Source: Laetmonice hystrix
Taxonomy: Eukaryota
Direction of reading: 5' to 3'
Assembly: GCA_965235115.1 (NCBI GenBank)
Contig: OZ249436.1
Coordinates: 38,008,001-38,068,000 of the forward strand
DNA: 60,000 nt
The notes under the pieces were generated by a model. The model worked only from the letters and a program-made list of their open reading frames with translations. It had not been told where the DNA came from and searched no databases. Position 1 is the first letter of the stretch. Each line of letters begins with the position of its first letter. Positions 1 through 12,967 of this stretch are shown piece after piece. Both the position numbers and the translations under genes were made by a program.

Positions 1-270
1 GACCCTCACAGACAGAGGACCTTGCTCGGGGTAAATGGTGTGGTGGATGGCCCAAACGTGAACGGCCCTCACAGACAGAGGACCCTGCTCGCGGTGAATG
101 GTGTGGTGGATGGCCCAAACTTGAACGACCCTCATAGACAGAGGACCTTGCTCGGGGTGGATGTTGTGGTGGATGGCCCAGAAACGTGAATCATCCTCAC
201 AGACAGAGGACCCTGCTCGGGGTGAATGGTGTGGTGGATGGCCCAGAACGGTCCTCGCAGACAGAGGACT
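1..270. repeat. Tandem repeat, ~63-bp unit, ~4 copies visible (truncated by window start)
   Basis: Unit GACCCTCACAGACAGAGGACCTTGCTCGGGGTAAATGGTGTGGTGGATGGCCCAAACGTGAAC recurs at 1, 64, 127 and ~192. Confidence 0.9.
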
Positions 271-858
271 TTTCTCGAGCGTTTGAGATTGAGAACAGTG
301 ATCCAGCGCCACCTGCCGTGCCTTGCGTGTCAGAACACGTGCGTGCGTTTGTCCGTGTGGTCACACGTGGTTTGCACGACACCTAGAGTCAATAACACGT
401 CTATCAAATAAATATTCATTAAAGAGTCTCTGAGAAGTCGTTAGAAGTTCTTTTGTCTTTGTAAATAGAAAAGGACTGAAAATTTTCAAACATTATAACA
501 GTCTTCACAAAATATTCAGTTTTATTGATCCCTTTGATCTCTACTGCTCATATTTCATATTAATATCTTTTATATTGAAAATTGAATCCAGCTCAGTCAC
601 TGCACAGTCGGGCTGTCGGCCGGCACAGGTTGACCGATGGACGCGGCGGCAGGGTCTCAGCCCGGGACCCCGGGTCCCCGGGTCCCATGCAGGCCGGGAG
701 GCGGACAGTCGGCCAGGCCAGGTTGACCCATGGACACGACGGCAGGGCCCCAGCCCGGGATCCCGAATCTCCGGGGCCCCAGGCCGGGAGGCCGACTGTC
801 GGTGGGGACAGGTTGACCCATGGACCCACGGTCTCGGGTCGGGAGGCGGTCACCCCCG

Positions 859-1026
859 GGCCCGGTTTCAGAAAGGTTAGCATGATATAACTTAAGCTCT
901 GCTTAGCCTTTTAGGACCCCTGATTGGCTGGTCCTCTGCTGCTCAGCTTCAACCAGCCAATCAGAGGTCCTAAAAAGATAAGCAGAGCTTAAGTTAAGAT
1001 CATGCTAACCTTTCTGAAACCGGGCC
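859..1026. mobile_element. Palindromic MITE, PIF/Harbinger-like
   Basis: Long inverted arms GGCCCGGTTTCAGAAAGGTTAGCATGAT...ATCATGCTAACCTTTCTGAAACCGGGCC with a short spacer; flanks CCG/CAG resemble a CWG 3-bp TSD. Confidence 0.8.
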
Positions 1027-1064
1027 CAGGTCACCAGGCCGGGAGGCGGACAGCCGGCCGGGCC

Positions 1065-1399
1065 GCGTAATTTTTTTTCCCACATTAGTTCCGGACCCCA
1101 TTCTAGCTTCAGCCAATCAGTGAACGCCAGACTCTATCGCTCGCGATATGGGACCGAACAGTGTCAGTGAATGTTTCTTATTGACATTATCTACTGCTCA
1201 TCAATTAGTGCCTATTTAACAATAATTTTGGGCTATGAAAACTAACACTAACCCTAGGCCTAACCTTTACCCTAACCCAAACACACTGTCTCGCATCTCG
1301 CATGTCGTCGCCGGTATTCCATAGCCATATGTGTGCCTGTTTCTGATTGGCTGTATGATAATGGAGGGTCCAGAACTAATGTGGGAAAAAAAATTGCGC
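1065..1399. mobile_element. MITE with 9-bp TSD (Mutator/MULE-like) inserted in the 82-bp array
   Basis: TIRs GCGTAATTTTTTTTTCCCACATTAGTTC / GAACTAATGTGGGAAAAAAAATTGCGC; GGCCGGGCC duplicated at 1056-1064 and 1400-1408; internal CTAACC-like tract. Confidence 0.8.
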
Positions 1400-4291
1400 G
1401 GCCGGGCCAGGTTGACCCATGGACACGACGGCAGGGTCTCGGCCCGGGACTCGCGGGTCCCAGACCGGGAGGCGGGCAGCCTGCCGGGCCAGGTTGACCC
1501 ATGGACACGGCGGCAGGGTCTCAGTCTGGGATCCCGGGTCCCCAGGCCGGGAGGCGGACAGCCGGCCGGGCCAGGTTGACCCATGGACACGGCGGCAGGG
1601 TCTCAGTCTGGGATCCCGGGTCCCCAGGCCGGGAGGCGGACAGCCGGCCGGGCCAGGTTGACCCATGGACACGGCGGCAGGGTCTCAGTCTGGGATCCCG
1701 GGTCCCCAGGCCGGGAGGCGGACAGCCGGCCGGGCCAGGTTGGCCCATGGACACGGCGGCAGGGTCTCAGTCTGGGATTCCGGGTCCCCAGGCCGGGAGG
1801 CGGACAGCCGGCCGGGCCAGGTTGACCCATGGACACGGCGGCAGGGTCTCAGCCCGGGACCCCGGGTCCCCAGGCCGGGAGGCGGACAGCCGGCCGGGCC
1901 AGGTTGACCCATGGACACGGCGGCAGGGTCTCAGCCCGGGACCCCGGGTCCCCAGGCCGGGAGGCGGACAGCCGGCCGGGCCAGGTTGACCCATGGCCAC
2001 GGCGGCATGGTCTCAGCCCGGGACCCCGGGTCCCCAGGCCGGGAGGCGGACAGCCGGCCGGGCCAGGTTGACCCATGGACACGGCGACAGGGTCTCAGCC
2101 CGCATGCCACTCGCATTCGTCCATTGCAATTATTACTGCTATTATTTGTAATTGGATCTGGCCGTTGTAGCTACATATATTTACGGCTATCAGGCGGGGC
2201 GGGGGGAGGGCGTGGTCACACACATGTTGTTTGCATGCTATAAGTACCAACCCGGACGGTGTACCCGCCTTTATAAACGTTTTCCGGATCTATGACCTCT
2301 ATAATGTACACCCAACCCGGGAAAATACGCCATGGGCATGACTGGATACGTTGGCTATAGTCAAGTACTTTCACCATTATACTAGTGGTATCGACAAGCC
2401 TTCCTTATTGTAAGGCTATTATGTTTGAGATCCACATAGCGACATCAATCCTATTAATGTTGTTTTTAATGGGTTTTTTTATGCAGAATCGGTCTAGAAA
2501 GAAATATCTTATAGTTTTCTAGCAATTAACAAGAAAAGTACTGAGGGTGTGTAAGACCGGGTATTGATCACAGACATTATCGTAAAGCACTGTAGGAGGA
2601 CCTTAAATATATTCCACTGGTTTTATGGAAGAACAGTCTCGATTTCGTCTGTGATCGCGGGAAACCCCTGAATTAATTTAAGCCTTTATTATAATCAATG
2701 ACGACTGAGAAGTCACTATTTCTACAGGCGAACTAATATAGTATTCAGACTTTTTAAAATGGGGAACGTGAGTGATTTGACCTTTGGCGACGAGCTCTTT
2801 ATTTTTCATCAATATTTCTTCACCTTTTTGTGAAGCGCAGACCTATAAATTAAAAGCATGAGATTATAGCCGTATTGTCGTGGGTGGGTGTGAGTGAGTG
2901 AGTGAGTAGTGAATTGGAGGTTTTACCTACTGTCGACAGTATAGTTCAGTCATACTCAGGGCAATAGGAACCATTTTAATTCAGTCAAGGACCTTTACCC
3001 CGAGTCGCAGGGGGTTTAGCCGTAGTATGATTTTTCCTTCAATGAGAATGGAATCTGTTGGTCAAAGAGGAGAGAGCATATAGTTCTCCGATTGAAGGCC
3101 GGCCAGCGATGATGGTCCTTGTGATTGGCGGTAATTCTTATGTTATGACCAGCGGGATCCGGACCAAGAATTGTCATCCAGCTTCCGACAACAGATCCCG
3201 CTCGGAGCTGAGGAGCCCGGAGTGTGCAGCGGCCGGCCGACGGCTTGAAAAGGCCTCGTTTGATCTGCATGGCCGTATTCTGCGCGCCTCGGCCGTCCGA
3301 CCGAGAGGGGCCAGTCGGGGACAATGTATGTTACGGGTACGGCGTCGCCGGCCTCACGTGGCCGCTACCCGGGGGAGCGGGGTGCTACCGCCCGCCGCCC
3401 GCGGGGAGAACCTGTGTGGTGTTCCGGGGGAGGGGCCGGCCGGGGTGGGCCCTGTGATCAGCCGGCCGCGGGAGGTCGCCTGGGCCGGAGAGTCTGTCCC
3501 GAGGGGGCTCCCGGTCCCCCGGGCCCGGCCGAAGACACTATATGACACGGGTTAATGACACGTTTCCCGTGCTATTAACTCGACAGAGCGCTGACAGTCC
3601 CCAAGGAAAATTAGTAGAAAATGGGCAAATAGAGATGCGGTCTGGCGAAATTGGACTGCTTTAGAGTTCTATATTCATCATTAATTGGGACCTTTGCACT
3701 GAACTCGCTCAGGTAGAGTCAGAGACGTGGGGCAGTGAATCCCGGCCAATTAGGGCGGTGGCTGGCGCAAGTCAGGTCGCATTGTTTGTTGTGAGGCTCG
3801 CGCTGCCCTCCATCTTGACAAGCAAATTTCGGACACATTTATCTTGGATTTATGGGGTGATTATGACGACTTGATTTTGACAGATGCTACAATTATCATA
3901 TCTACATAGCTCATCCTCCGCTTCCTACGGCCAGTAAATGATAGAGATTTTCACGGCCGTGCGTGAGAGCAGCTCTTCCAGTGTATAGCCTCTGTGGGAA
4001 CGGATTCCCTAGCTACCATTGGAAACGGCCCACTAATACCATTAGTGCGACCTTAAGATGTTTGCCTTGTTAAAATCGTTCGCGCTCGTAATGAGAGTAA
4101 GATTTGCTGATTATCTGAACAGTAAAAAAAAATGTGTGAACAAAAACTTTCCCACGAAGTCGGAGGTGGTCGATCAATGTCAGCCTCGCCCTCACCACAA
4201 GGCAGATATTATAATATTAGCACATTATATATAGCCACATGTATTAAAATAATTACATAGAAACATGCGCATATAATAACCTAATAATAAG

Positions 4292-5845
4292 TTCTAGAAG
4301 TGTTATAGATATATATGTTCACGAAGTGTTAGAGATATGTGTTCTAGACGTGTTAGAAATATGCATGTGTTCTAGAAGTGTTAGAGATATGTGTTCTAGA
4401 AGTATTAGAGATATGTGTTCAAGAAGTTAGAGATATATCGGGTGGATAAAAAAAAACGCCCCGAAATTTAAACTTTAATATTTCAAAAACTATGCATTAT
4501 AATTCAATAAAATTTCTCTTACTATAACTTCATGATATTATCTCTGGTATGTTAAAGTTTCAGCTCAATAGCTTTGATATTAATCCCGTGGCGCTAAAAA
4601 CAAAAATCAGTGTCTAAAAACGCAATGCCGAAATTAGGTCAAATATCATGCAGCTGCCAGGTGTCCAATTTGATACCTGTTTGATGCACCGCGTTGTACC
4701 TTGGGTAAAAACATTTTCAATATTTAGTTTTTGCATGTTTTACAATATGTATAATGTTGTGGACCACTAGATATACTAAATTATGGGCTATTCCTAGTAC
4801 TTCTAGAGAAAAACAGATGTTTAATGTGCCAAACCCTACAGAGAAACTGCAACATTAGGACGATATGACTGTAACCAGAAGTTCAAGGGAAATCGTACCA
4901 TTATCACGTTTAGCAACACATTCAGAACGTTGCATATTTCCCAATGTTGCGAAGATATTTCCCTATCAGAGATCAGGAAGTGCATTGGCTCATGGAAAAT
5001 GAGACTAAGAGCAGTATGAAGTGAAAACGGGGGACCGATTGACCACCTACTCTAGTGTGAGGCCAGGGACTCTGGGTGCGACTACCACTCACTTTAGGCC
5101 GGCATTGCGCTTTTGTACAGTGATTTTTGTTTTTAGCGCCACGGAAATATTATCCAAGCTATTGACTTGTAACATTACCAACTAAGAGACAACATCATGA
5201 AGTGATAGCAAGAAAAATTTCATTGAATTATAATCATTACTTTTTGAAATATTGAAGTTTAAAGTTCGGGGCGTTTTTTTTTATCCACCCGATATGTGTT
5301 CTAGAAGTGTTACAGATATACATGTCTTCTTGAAGTGTTACAGATATGTGTTCTAGAAATGTTACAGATAATGTGTTCTAGAAGTGTTAGAGATATGTGT
5401 TCTAGATGTGTTACAGATATATGTGCTAGAAGTGTTACAGATATGCGTTCGAGAAGTGTTAGAGATATGGGTTCTAGAAGTGTTACAGATATGCTTTCTA
5501 TATAAATGTTACAGATGTATGTTCTATATAAGTGTTACAGATATGTGTTCGAGAAGTGTTACAGATATGTGTTCTAGAATTGGTACAGATATGTGTTCGA
5601 GAAGTGTTACAGATATGTGTTCGAGAAGTGTTAAAGATATGCGTTCGAGAAGTGTTAGAGATATGTGTTCTAGAAGTGTTAGAGATATGTGTTCGAGAAG
5701 TGTTAGAGATATGTGTTCGAGAAGTGTTAGAGATATGTGTTCTAGAAGTGTTAGATATTGTCTTCGAGAAGTGTTAGAGATATGTGTTCTAGAAGTGTTA
5801 CAGATATCTGTTCTAGAAGTGTTACAGATATGTGTTCGAGAAGTG
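4292..5845. repeat. 24-bp tandem repeat (GTGTTCTAGAAGTGTTACAGATAT), split by a MITE
   Basis: Copies at ~4292-4437 and ~5293-5845; ORFs 5384..5857 and 5532..5777 are repeat artefacts. Confidence 0.95.
4438..5292. mobile_element. Non-autonomous Tc1/mariner-like element with ~190-bp TIRs
   Basis: TCGGGTGGATAAAAAAAAACGCCCCGAA... / ...TTCGGGGCGTTTTTTTTTATCCACCCGA; imperfect complementarity extends to 4630/5100; TA on both sides (4436-4437, 5293-5294). Confidence 0.9.
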
Positions 5846-5929
5846 ACTTTAAAGTGACTTTATAAGAGTAGGCTCTATATCTTTAGTGATGTTTTAAGGG
5901 TATACAGATAGAAAGCCTCTCAGAATGTC

Positions 5930-5995
5930 CCCAACGAAAAATTTGCGCAGGGCCCTATACTGGAATCGAACCGCGGCCCTAAGAGTACTGAAGTG
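5930..5995 (-). mobile_element. Possible tRNA-derived SINE fragment
   Basis: Minus strand carries a B-box GGTTCGATTCC (plus GGAATCGAACC at ~5962-5972); no full cloverleaf. Confidence 0.3.
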
Positions 5996-8900
5996 TGGGT
6001 GAAAAAATGGATCAAATAATTATCATCGCTGATAATATTATAAGTTCATGGGGTGTATACAAAACGTTGTACTAACTTCTCCGGCTATACGCGCATCCAT
6101 ATGTATGTACAAATCAGAGAACATATTAATTTCATTGTGTACGAATGTACACATCCTACATAAATTATTGCATTATTATATTCGACCTTTATTTACATAG
6201 GCCTATTTATTATACAGACAAACATATGCATACATGCGTGCATTTACAATTATTGACTGCAATAAATGTGTATACGCGTGCCCCACTCACCCTCCCACCC
6301 ACCCACCCCTGCCAATAATACCAGCTGCCTCTCATCATACCCTCCTCATCACACAACCCCATCCTGCCCCCGTCCAACGGTATATACCCCCTATGTAAGA
6401 CCCTTGTAAAATCAACTCCTCCACTGTCAGCGGGGTTATTAACGTTAACCGCCCCATTGTTTCACGTCTACCCTCTATTGTCACGCGCCACCTCTTGACG
6501 GCACCGTTTATCCCGTCGTGATGACTCCGGACCAGATGGTGAGGAGGTTCGACCAAAAGGTGTCATGCAATGACAGACGTTCCTCACGTTATCGTGACGT
6601 TTGCGTCACTTCTGACACCGCCGACACTCGGCCGCCACCCGTGGGCGTGACGTGGGAACGCTGAGAACCCCGCAGAAGTCAGCATGGCGTCCGCCACCAA
6701 TCAATAGGAGTGACCGCCAGTTAATACGTTAACCAAGTCGTGTTCAAGTGTGTTCGTAAACCGGTATACCGACTGGGCACCCGTCCAGCAGGCCCGTCCA
6801 GGCCGCCATGGATACCAACATGGGAATATTGCGTGACACACGGTACATGGGGTATTGAGCCAGGACCCTCAGAGGTCAACGCTTTGGTTATGTACCTATT
6901 TTCTCTGCGCTGTCGTCCGAACCGATTTCTCTCTTGACATGTTTGTTTTTCCCTTTTGCATGTCCTTGATGCATCTCCTCGCTCTATGACGTGGTACGGC
7001 GGCAACGCTGAAGGAATCGGATGAAAGAAGAACAAAAGTGTCCCCGGCAATTTCATGGCCACTGCGGCAGGCTTATAGAGTGGGCGCGATGCCAGTAGAC
7101 GAGCCATTGTCGACGCTCGGGATGGGGCCTTCACTATCTGTCTTCATACATCACTATCAAGGCGCAAGGACAAAGTCACGTGACGTTTACTTCCTTGGGT
7201 AGCAGATCGGGACTATGGCCGGAGAATGTCTCCATTCTGATCGGTATACCAACCCGATACACGATACCCATGTTTCCTCGTACTTTCCACGTCCGAGATA
7301 ATAACACCGTAATTTTGGAGAGGTCAAACAGGGTATCTTCAAGTTACCACCCAACGGACATAGTAAATCGGAGGTCGCAAGGCTAAATTTACATTTGTGA
7401 AGTACAACACCGATTCCTGCTTCAAAGTAGAGACTGTGCATTTCAGGCCTATGGTTGAATGTTTAATTTCAAGGTCCAAGTGGAATATTATGTATCATGT
7501 GATACATACAGATAATTTTCATACCTTCTGCGTAATGTTATACATTATAAATTAAGTAAAAGAACCATGCTCTCTCTTTCTGCTGCAAGATGATATGCAA
7601 AACACACAAAACAAAATGTAAGATGCATGCAGTATTATTTGTATAAAAAGTAAATGTGCCCCACATAAAAGAAGTATGAGGATATTGACTATCAATTAAG
7701 GATTTCTGTGCTTTCTATTATAAAATATTTTTAACTATACATCTAGCATCTAGCATCCAGCATCGACTGAATATGTCCCCCTGAAAAATCTATGCAGTCT
7801 CTATACATATCTTGCGCACAAACTATTATAACGAGCCACCTTGACTTGTGTCATGTTATTCCACTCTTCACGAAGGACGTTGTGGCTAAGAAGGCTGGCC
7901 ACTCTAAGTTACCTTCAAATTAAGTTATCCTCATAGGTTTGACTGCATGGATGAAACTTTAGGTTTACTATTAGATATGTATTCCTATTTTATTTCCATA
8001 TCGGAGGTCGTACACTCCCGGAGACGTAAGGGGACACGTATATATCACAAAGTATGTTACGTACATTGATGAGGTCAAACAGTGAGAGGATGCGTTACTG
8101 GCGCCCACCAAGGCGACCCTGTCATGTTTACTATTATGTATATCTGTACAATCGCATGTTTCGGATTGCTAGTCAAAGACTACCGCTACCTGAAAGGGAA
8201 CATCGGCGACGTCTTAGAACAATTATCTTGTATCTCTTAAAGCTATTACTCTCAACTCGTTTATTGCAAACTCCTTTCTATCACGCGACTATCCCGCCAC
8301 CTTGACAGACGGACATTCTCAATCACGTTCTAGTTTCCGTGTTTCCAGTCCAGGATAAAAGCAAACCAAGGTCTGGATTCGGAAGATAATGATAGCTTGT
8401 TTGGGACCTACCCGGCCGTCTGTAATCTTGGGTCACACATATAATACTGTGATTTCACGTTCAATTTGGCCATGGACCCATAAACCAAAAATTAAAGTTT
8501 CAAACTATTTTGCTTACAATTTCCATTGCATCACGTGTAGTGTGTATACAGACTTGCTTTTTGTCTTATAGTAACTCTTTAGTACAAGTTATGCAGGAAG
8601 CCTACCAGTCCGGTATATAGATCGGACTGTCGGCCTATACAATCATGTCAGAAAGTGGTTCCCGACACCTCTCAGACCAACAATTATGGAAGTCCTTACT
8701 CACACGTGTGTATCACTAGGGGGAGCCACATATCCTCTCCTGGTAAGGGGCGCCGGTCCCAGAGAGGTGTCTGCCTTGAGTCTTTGAGCTCTTTGATTCT
8801 CAGAGGTCACGCCAAAGTAGAATCAAAGGCTCCTATAGCTCTTACGCTACCAAACTGAGCCGACTCCACAGCGCCTTTAATCAGTTCTTGAGATGTCGGT

Positions 8901-9056
8901 GGAGAAAAAAGAGGGTAAATACGAAATAAATGACGAGTGAAGTTGGCGAGCGAGATAAACGGTTCTTGTCACGCAAGGTGCCATTGATGTATACGTGCAG
9001 AGTATAGGTTGGTAACGTTAGAGGGGTCTGGGCGTCATGCTGCTCCTTGTCTACGC

Positions 9057-9077
9057 AAGAAGAAGAAGAAGAAGAAG

Positions 9078-9109
<32 letters not shown>

Positions 9110-9116
9110 CAAGAAG

Positions 9117-9148
<32 letters not shown>

Positions 9149-9164
9149 CAAGAAGAAGAAGTAC

Positions 9165-9196
<32 letters not shown>

Positions 9197-9760
9197 CAAG
9201 AAGAAGAAGTACAAGAAGAAGAAGAAGAAGTACAAGAAGAAGAAGAAGAAGAACAAGAACAAGAACAAGAACAAGAACAAGAACAAGAACAAGAACAAGA
9301 AGTACAAGAACAAGAAGAAAAAGAAGAAGAAGAAGAAGTACAAGAAGAAGAACAAGAAGAAGAACAAGAAGAACAAGAAGTACAAGAAGAAGAACAAAAA
9401 GTACAAGAAGTACAAGAAAAAGAAGAACAAGAAGAACAAGAAGAAGAAGAACAAGAACAAGAAGAAGAAGAAGAACAAGAACAAGAACAAGAAGTAAAAG
9501 AAGAAGAAGAAGAAGAAGAAGAAGAAGAAGAACAAGAACAAGAAGAACAAGAAGAACAAGAAGAACAAGAAGAACAAGAAGAACAAGAAGAACGAGAAGA
9601 AGGAGAACAAGAAGGAGAACAAGAAGAACAAGAAGAAGAAGAACAAGAAGAAGAAGAACAAGAAGAAGAACAAGAAGAAGAACAAGAAGAACAAGAAGAA
9701 CAAGAAGAACAAGAACAAGAAGGACAAGAAGAACAAGAACAAGAACAAGAACAAGAACAA
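9057..9760. repeat. Long (GAA)n microsatellite with CAA/GTA variants
   Basis: ~700 bp of GAA/CAA/GTA triplets; gives poly-E, poly-K, poly-R and poly-F ORFs in all frames. Confidence 0.97.
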
Positions 9761-10355
9761 GTGACCTGAACTCGCTGCGTGCGTGTGTTTTAATGGTGCT
9801 AGCCGTTTTGGTTTAATCTTGGCCCTTGTAAACCCAAACCTCCTGGATCAACGGGTCGCCAGGGGTCCAATTCTAGAGACATATTATTCTGATCGTGTTT
9901 GGAACTGAGATGAAAATCGATCATACAGTTAATGGGGACAATGGGTTTAACGCGAAGAGCAAACAGCAGGTCCCATCAAAAGCATTAACCCTTGTGTCAT
10001 CTTGCGAACCGCGGCCACATTATATCGAATTATGCCGAGCAAGGATATGGTAAAACATCTCAACCTGGGAACAATCAGTACTTGGGTCATGATTAATCTG
10101 GGCAAAAGTGTGCTTTTTAAGCCAGCTGTGCAAGATGAATTCATCTCTTGCTCTAAGTATGGAAAGGTTGACATTGGATCGGTTACGAAATTCATTGTCT
10201 GGGGAAAAGTACAATTATACAGTTCACGCCACTCTAATTAATTTTTTTGTACTTTTGGTGCGAACAGAAAGACAGGACAAGAATATTATATTATCAAAGA
10301 CTTGTAAATAAAACGATTCGAGTCTCTCACCAGGAGGTATACCATAGCGGACTAT

Positions 10356-10390
10356 GTAAGTAAGTAAGTCAGTCAGTCAGTCAGTCAGTC

Positions 10391-10439
<49 letters not shown>
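10356..10439. repeat. (TAAG)n/(TCAG)n microsatellite, possibly a minus-strand LINE 3' tail
   Basis: Tetranucleotide array directly followed by CTTTTTATTT (minus-strand AATAAA upstream of the tail). LINE origin is inference. Confidence 0.7.
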
Positions 10440-12967
10440 TCTTTTTATTTCAGTGACATAGGCCATACAGGATTGATCACAGTGTTTTATATTTGTAAGA
10501 TTTGACATCCAACCCACATTGGGTTTAGAGGTCACTATATTGTCATGCATTGAACAATGAGAGTATTCACATGGCGGTTATGCAGGGTGTCCAAATTAAT
10601 CTATATTATATATAAGGTTGCGTCTCCTGAGATAACAGACTTGGATATATTTTGCTGTGTACACGTACTTTAAAACCGATTTTTGTATGTATGTATGAGG
10701 ATGCATGTATTTCTGCGTTATTTTTATTGGCTACGTACAAGTATCCCCCCCCCCCCCTTACCCGCTGCACATACCCCTAACTCTTTATCCCTCTCCCCTC
10801 AGGAACACACGCGAACCCCAAGTGCAGTCAAGTGGAGATACGCACCCACCCCAATGACAATGCATGACGACTATCGCGCAAGCCCTGTCATTACACGTGA
10901 GTCGACCTCGACAAATATTAACTAAACAATTACGAGTTGAACTAATGAAAACAATATGGTCTGGGTCGGGCTGCAGTCAATTAGGACCGCTTGACACGGA
11001 CCACGTTCTCCATACGTCGCACCTGCTCGGCATAGACAACATGGCCACGCTTGGCTGAACACTTTGTCTTCTTCATGCCAATAAATTGACAACAGTTACA
11101 ACTAACCCCTTTAATCACTCCACAACATGACAACGATGGTTTTGGTTTTCTGAGTTTGGTTATTACTTTATTCTGGTCGATATGATAGTTGTCTGTTTAG
11201 TAAATAGCCAGCAGCAATATTCAAGGGGGGGGGGGGGTACGAGCAGAGAGTTGATGCTAGCGATGCTGAGTCCTGTGATGTTCCTACCCAGGTGGCCCAC
11301 ATCAGTGATTCTATCAACTACCGCCAAACAACCGATTTCTTACTGCAGATATAGGCATAGAATAGTAATAACTTCAGAGAACGAAACCAGCCAAGCGTGT
11401 CCGATCATTTACACGATGTCTTTGTGGTGAGATTGCATCTCAATATTTGACACATCGCGAGAAATAAACATATTGCCGTGAACACAACGACCCCGCTGTA
11501 CATCTGCTGATACATAAATCAGTCTCCATCAAACTGTACTCTTGATTAGGGTTCGTAACACCTGACAGTTCGTCATTGGTGTTCAACTGAGAAACGGTAT
11601 ACATGGAGAAAGAAAAATGGGTTGGCGGATAATTGGATAGGTACAGTGGGGATGAGTTCAATACGTACCGTTATCAAAAGAAAAGGGGGGATGTTCCCCC
11701 CAGAAAATGCTTAACGGCCGTTGGGATCAGTTGTCTGAAAGAAAAAAATTAACAGCCAATTTGAAATTAATCCCGGACAGTTGAAAGCATAAAATATTTG
11801 CATCAAATGAAAAAAAAACCCCGCAAATTAGTTTTTGTTGATTATTTTATCTGCCGGATAGAATATATCTTTGAACCCCCACTTTTTTCATTGGTTTTAC
11901 GCAATGATCAATTATGAGTGTAATGAACCATGAAATTCGATCGTGGGAAAACTACCCGTGTATAAATGATAGGTTCCTAACCGTTTTACCAGGTGCGTGA
12001 TACAACGCCTATACGTGGCGCCACCTCGTGTACGATAACAGAGACACTCCTTGCCTCCAGTCCACGTCGACTGAAGCCTGTGTGACAGTACAGACAGACA
12101 TTTTAGAAGATGAAAATAATCATAGACAAAAAGAGATGAAAACAATGAAAATGGAAATATGAACGAGCAAGATGATCACTTTGGTAACTATCTAGAATCG
12201 TGGTCTAACGGGCCAGGGCAGGGCATGGCTGTACGTGTTTTATTCATACACGTATACCAGTGTCTTTGAGGAGTTACTATTAATTCGTTGAAAAAAAACC
12301 GTTGAAAAAAATCTTAGCACACATTAGACTGATTTAGTACTATTGTTACGCAAGAAACACTGCTTCCGCAATTAAGTCTAAATTTGCATAATGGGAACTA
12401 TATAGGCTAAGGGAAAACATTCCTTGACATGTGTACGTAACAGTTCAAAATAGAGAGAAACACTTTGATTGATTATACTATTGTTTGCTTTACACAACCA
12501 GAAAGTGTCGAGTATCTTCAAGGTGAAACATTCGTCTATCAGTTTAGGTTTATGATGACGGTGGCGAGAATGATGGCGACGGTGGTTGTAGATTGGCCTT
12601 GTGCTGAGAAAGATCCATGAAAAATTCTTCAAAATAAAAATATTTCCCAATTCACGGTTGAGAACGGTCGGATTAACTCCATTTCTTGATATTTATTTAG
12701 CCAATCGAAAAAAAGGATAAATTGGAAGTGTTCGTCTCTAAAGATTAAGGACGAACAATTCGGGAATAGTCGGGGGGGAGGCTTCCGACTGTGTTTTAGC
12801 ATTCCGACTACTACCGCACGTAATTAAGTCTCTCGGACCTTTGGCGCGGGTCGGCTAAGTAGTCACCACGGATGATGTGTTGTGCGTTTGTGGGTGTAGG
12901 TGTGTGTGTGTGTGTGGGGGGGGGGGGCGCATTAGGCTACTCTGCTGCATTGAGGCGCATCGCCATT

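Larger units (their letters stand above)
605..2101. repeat. GC-rich minisatellite, 82-bp unit, interrupted by two MITEs
   Basis: Unit ATGGACACGGCGGCAGGGTCTCAGTCTGGGATCCCGGGTCCCCAGGCCGGGAGGCGGACAGCCGGCCGGGCCAGGTTGACCC; near-identical copies at 1401-2101, diverged copies at 605-855. Explains the many overlapping ORFs here. Confidence 0.95.

Noticed and set aside
1241..1285. Telomeric repeat, or TAGGCCTA as an insertion footprint here
   Set aside because: It is the interior of a MITE; the homologous copy near 57340-57385 has TATGCCTA of the same length, so this site is a substitution.
575..2243. Many overlapping ORFs
   Set aside because: Products of a GC-rich 82-bp repeat whose unit is not a multiple of 3.
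9009..9816. Poly-E/K/R/F ORFs as proteins
   Set aside because: Open in four frames only because of the triplet microsatellite; no splice or domain support.
9947..10260. Degenerate LINE ORF2 fragment or host exon
   Set aside because: Only vague resemblance; no recognisable RT/endonuclease motif or splice pattern.
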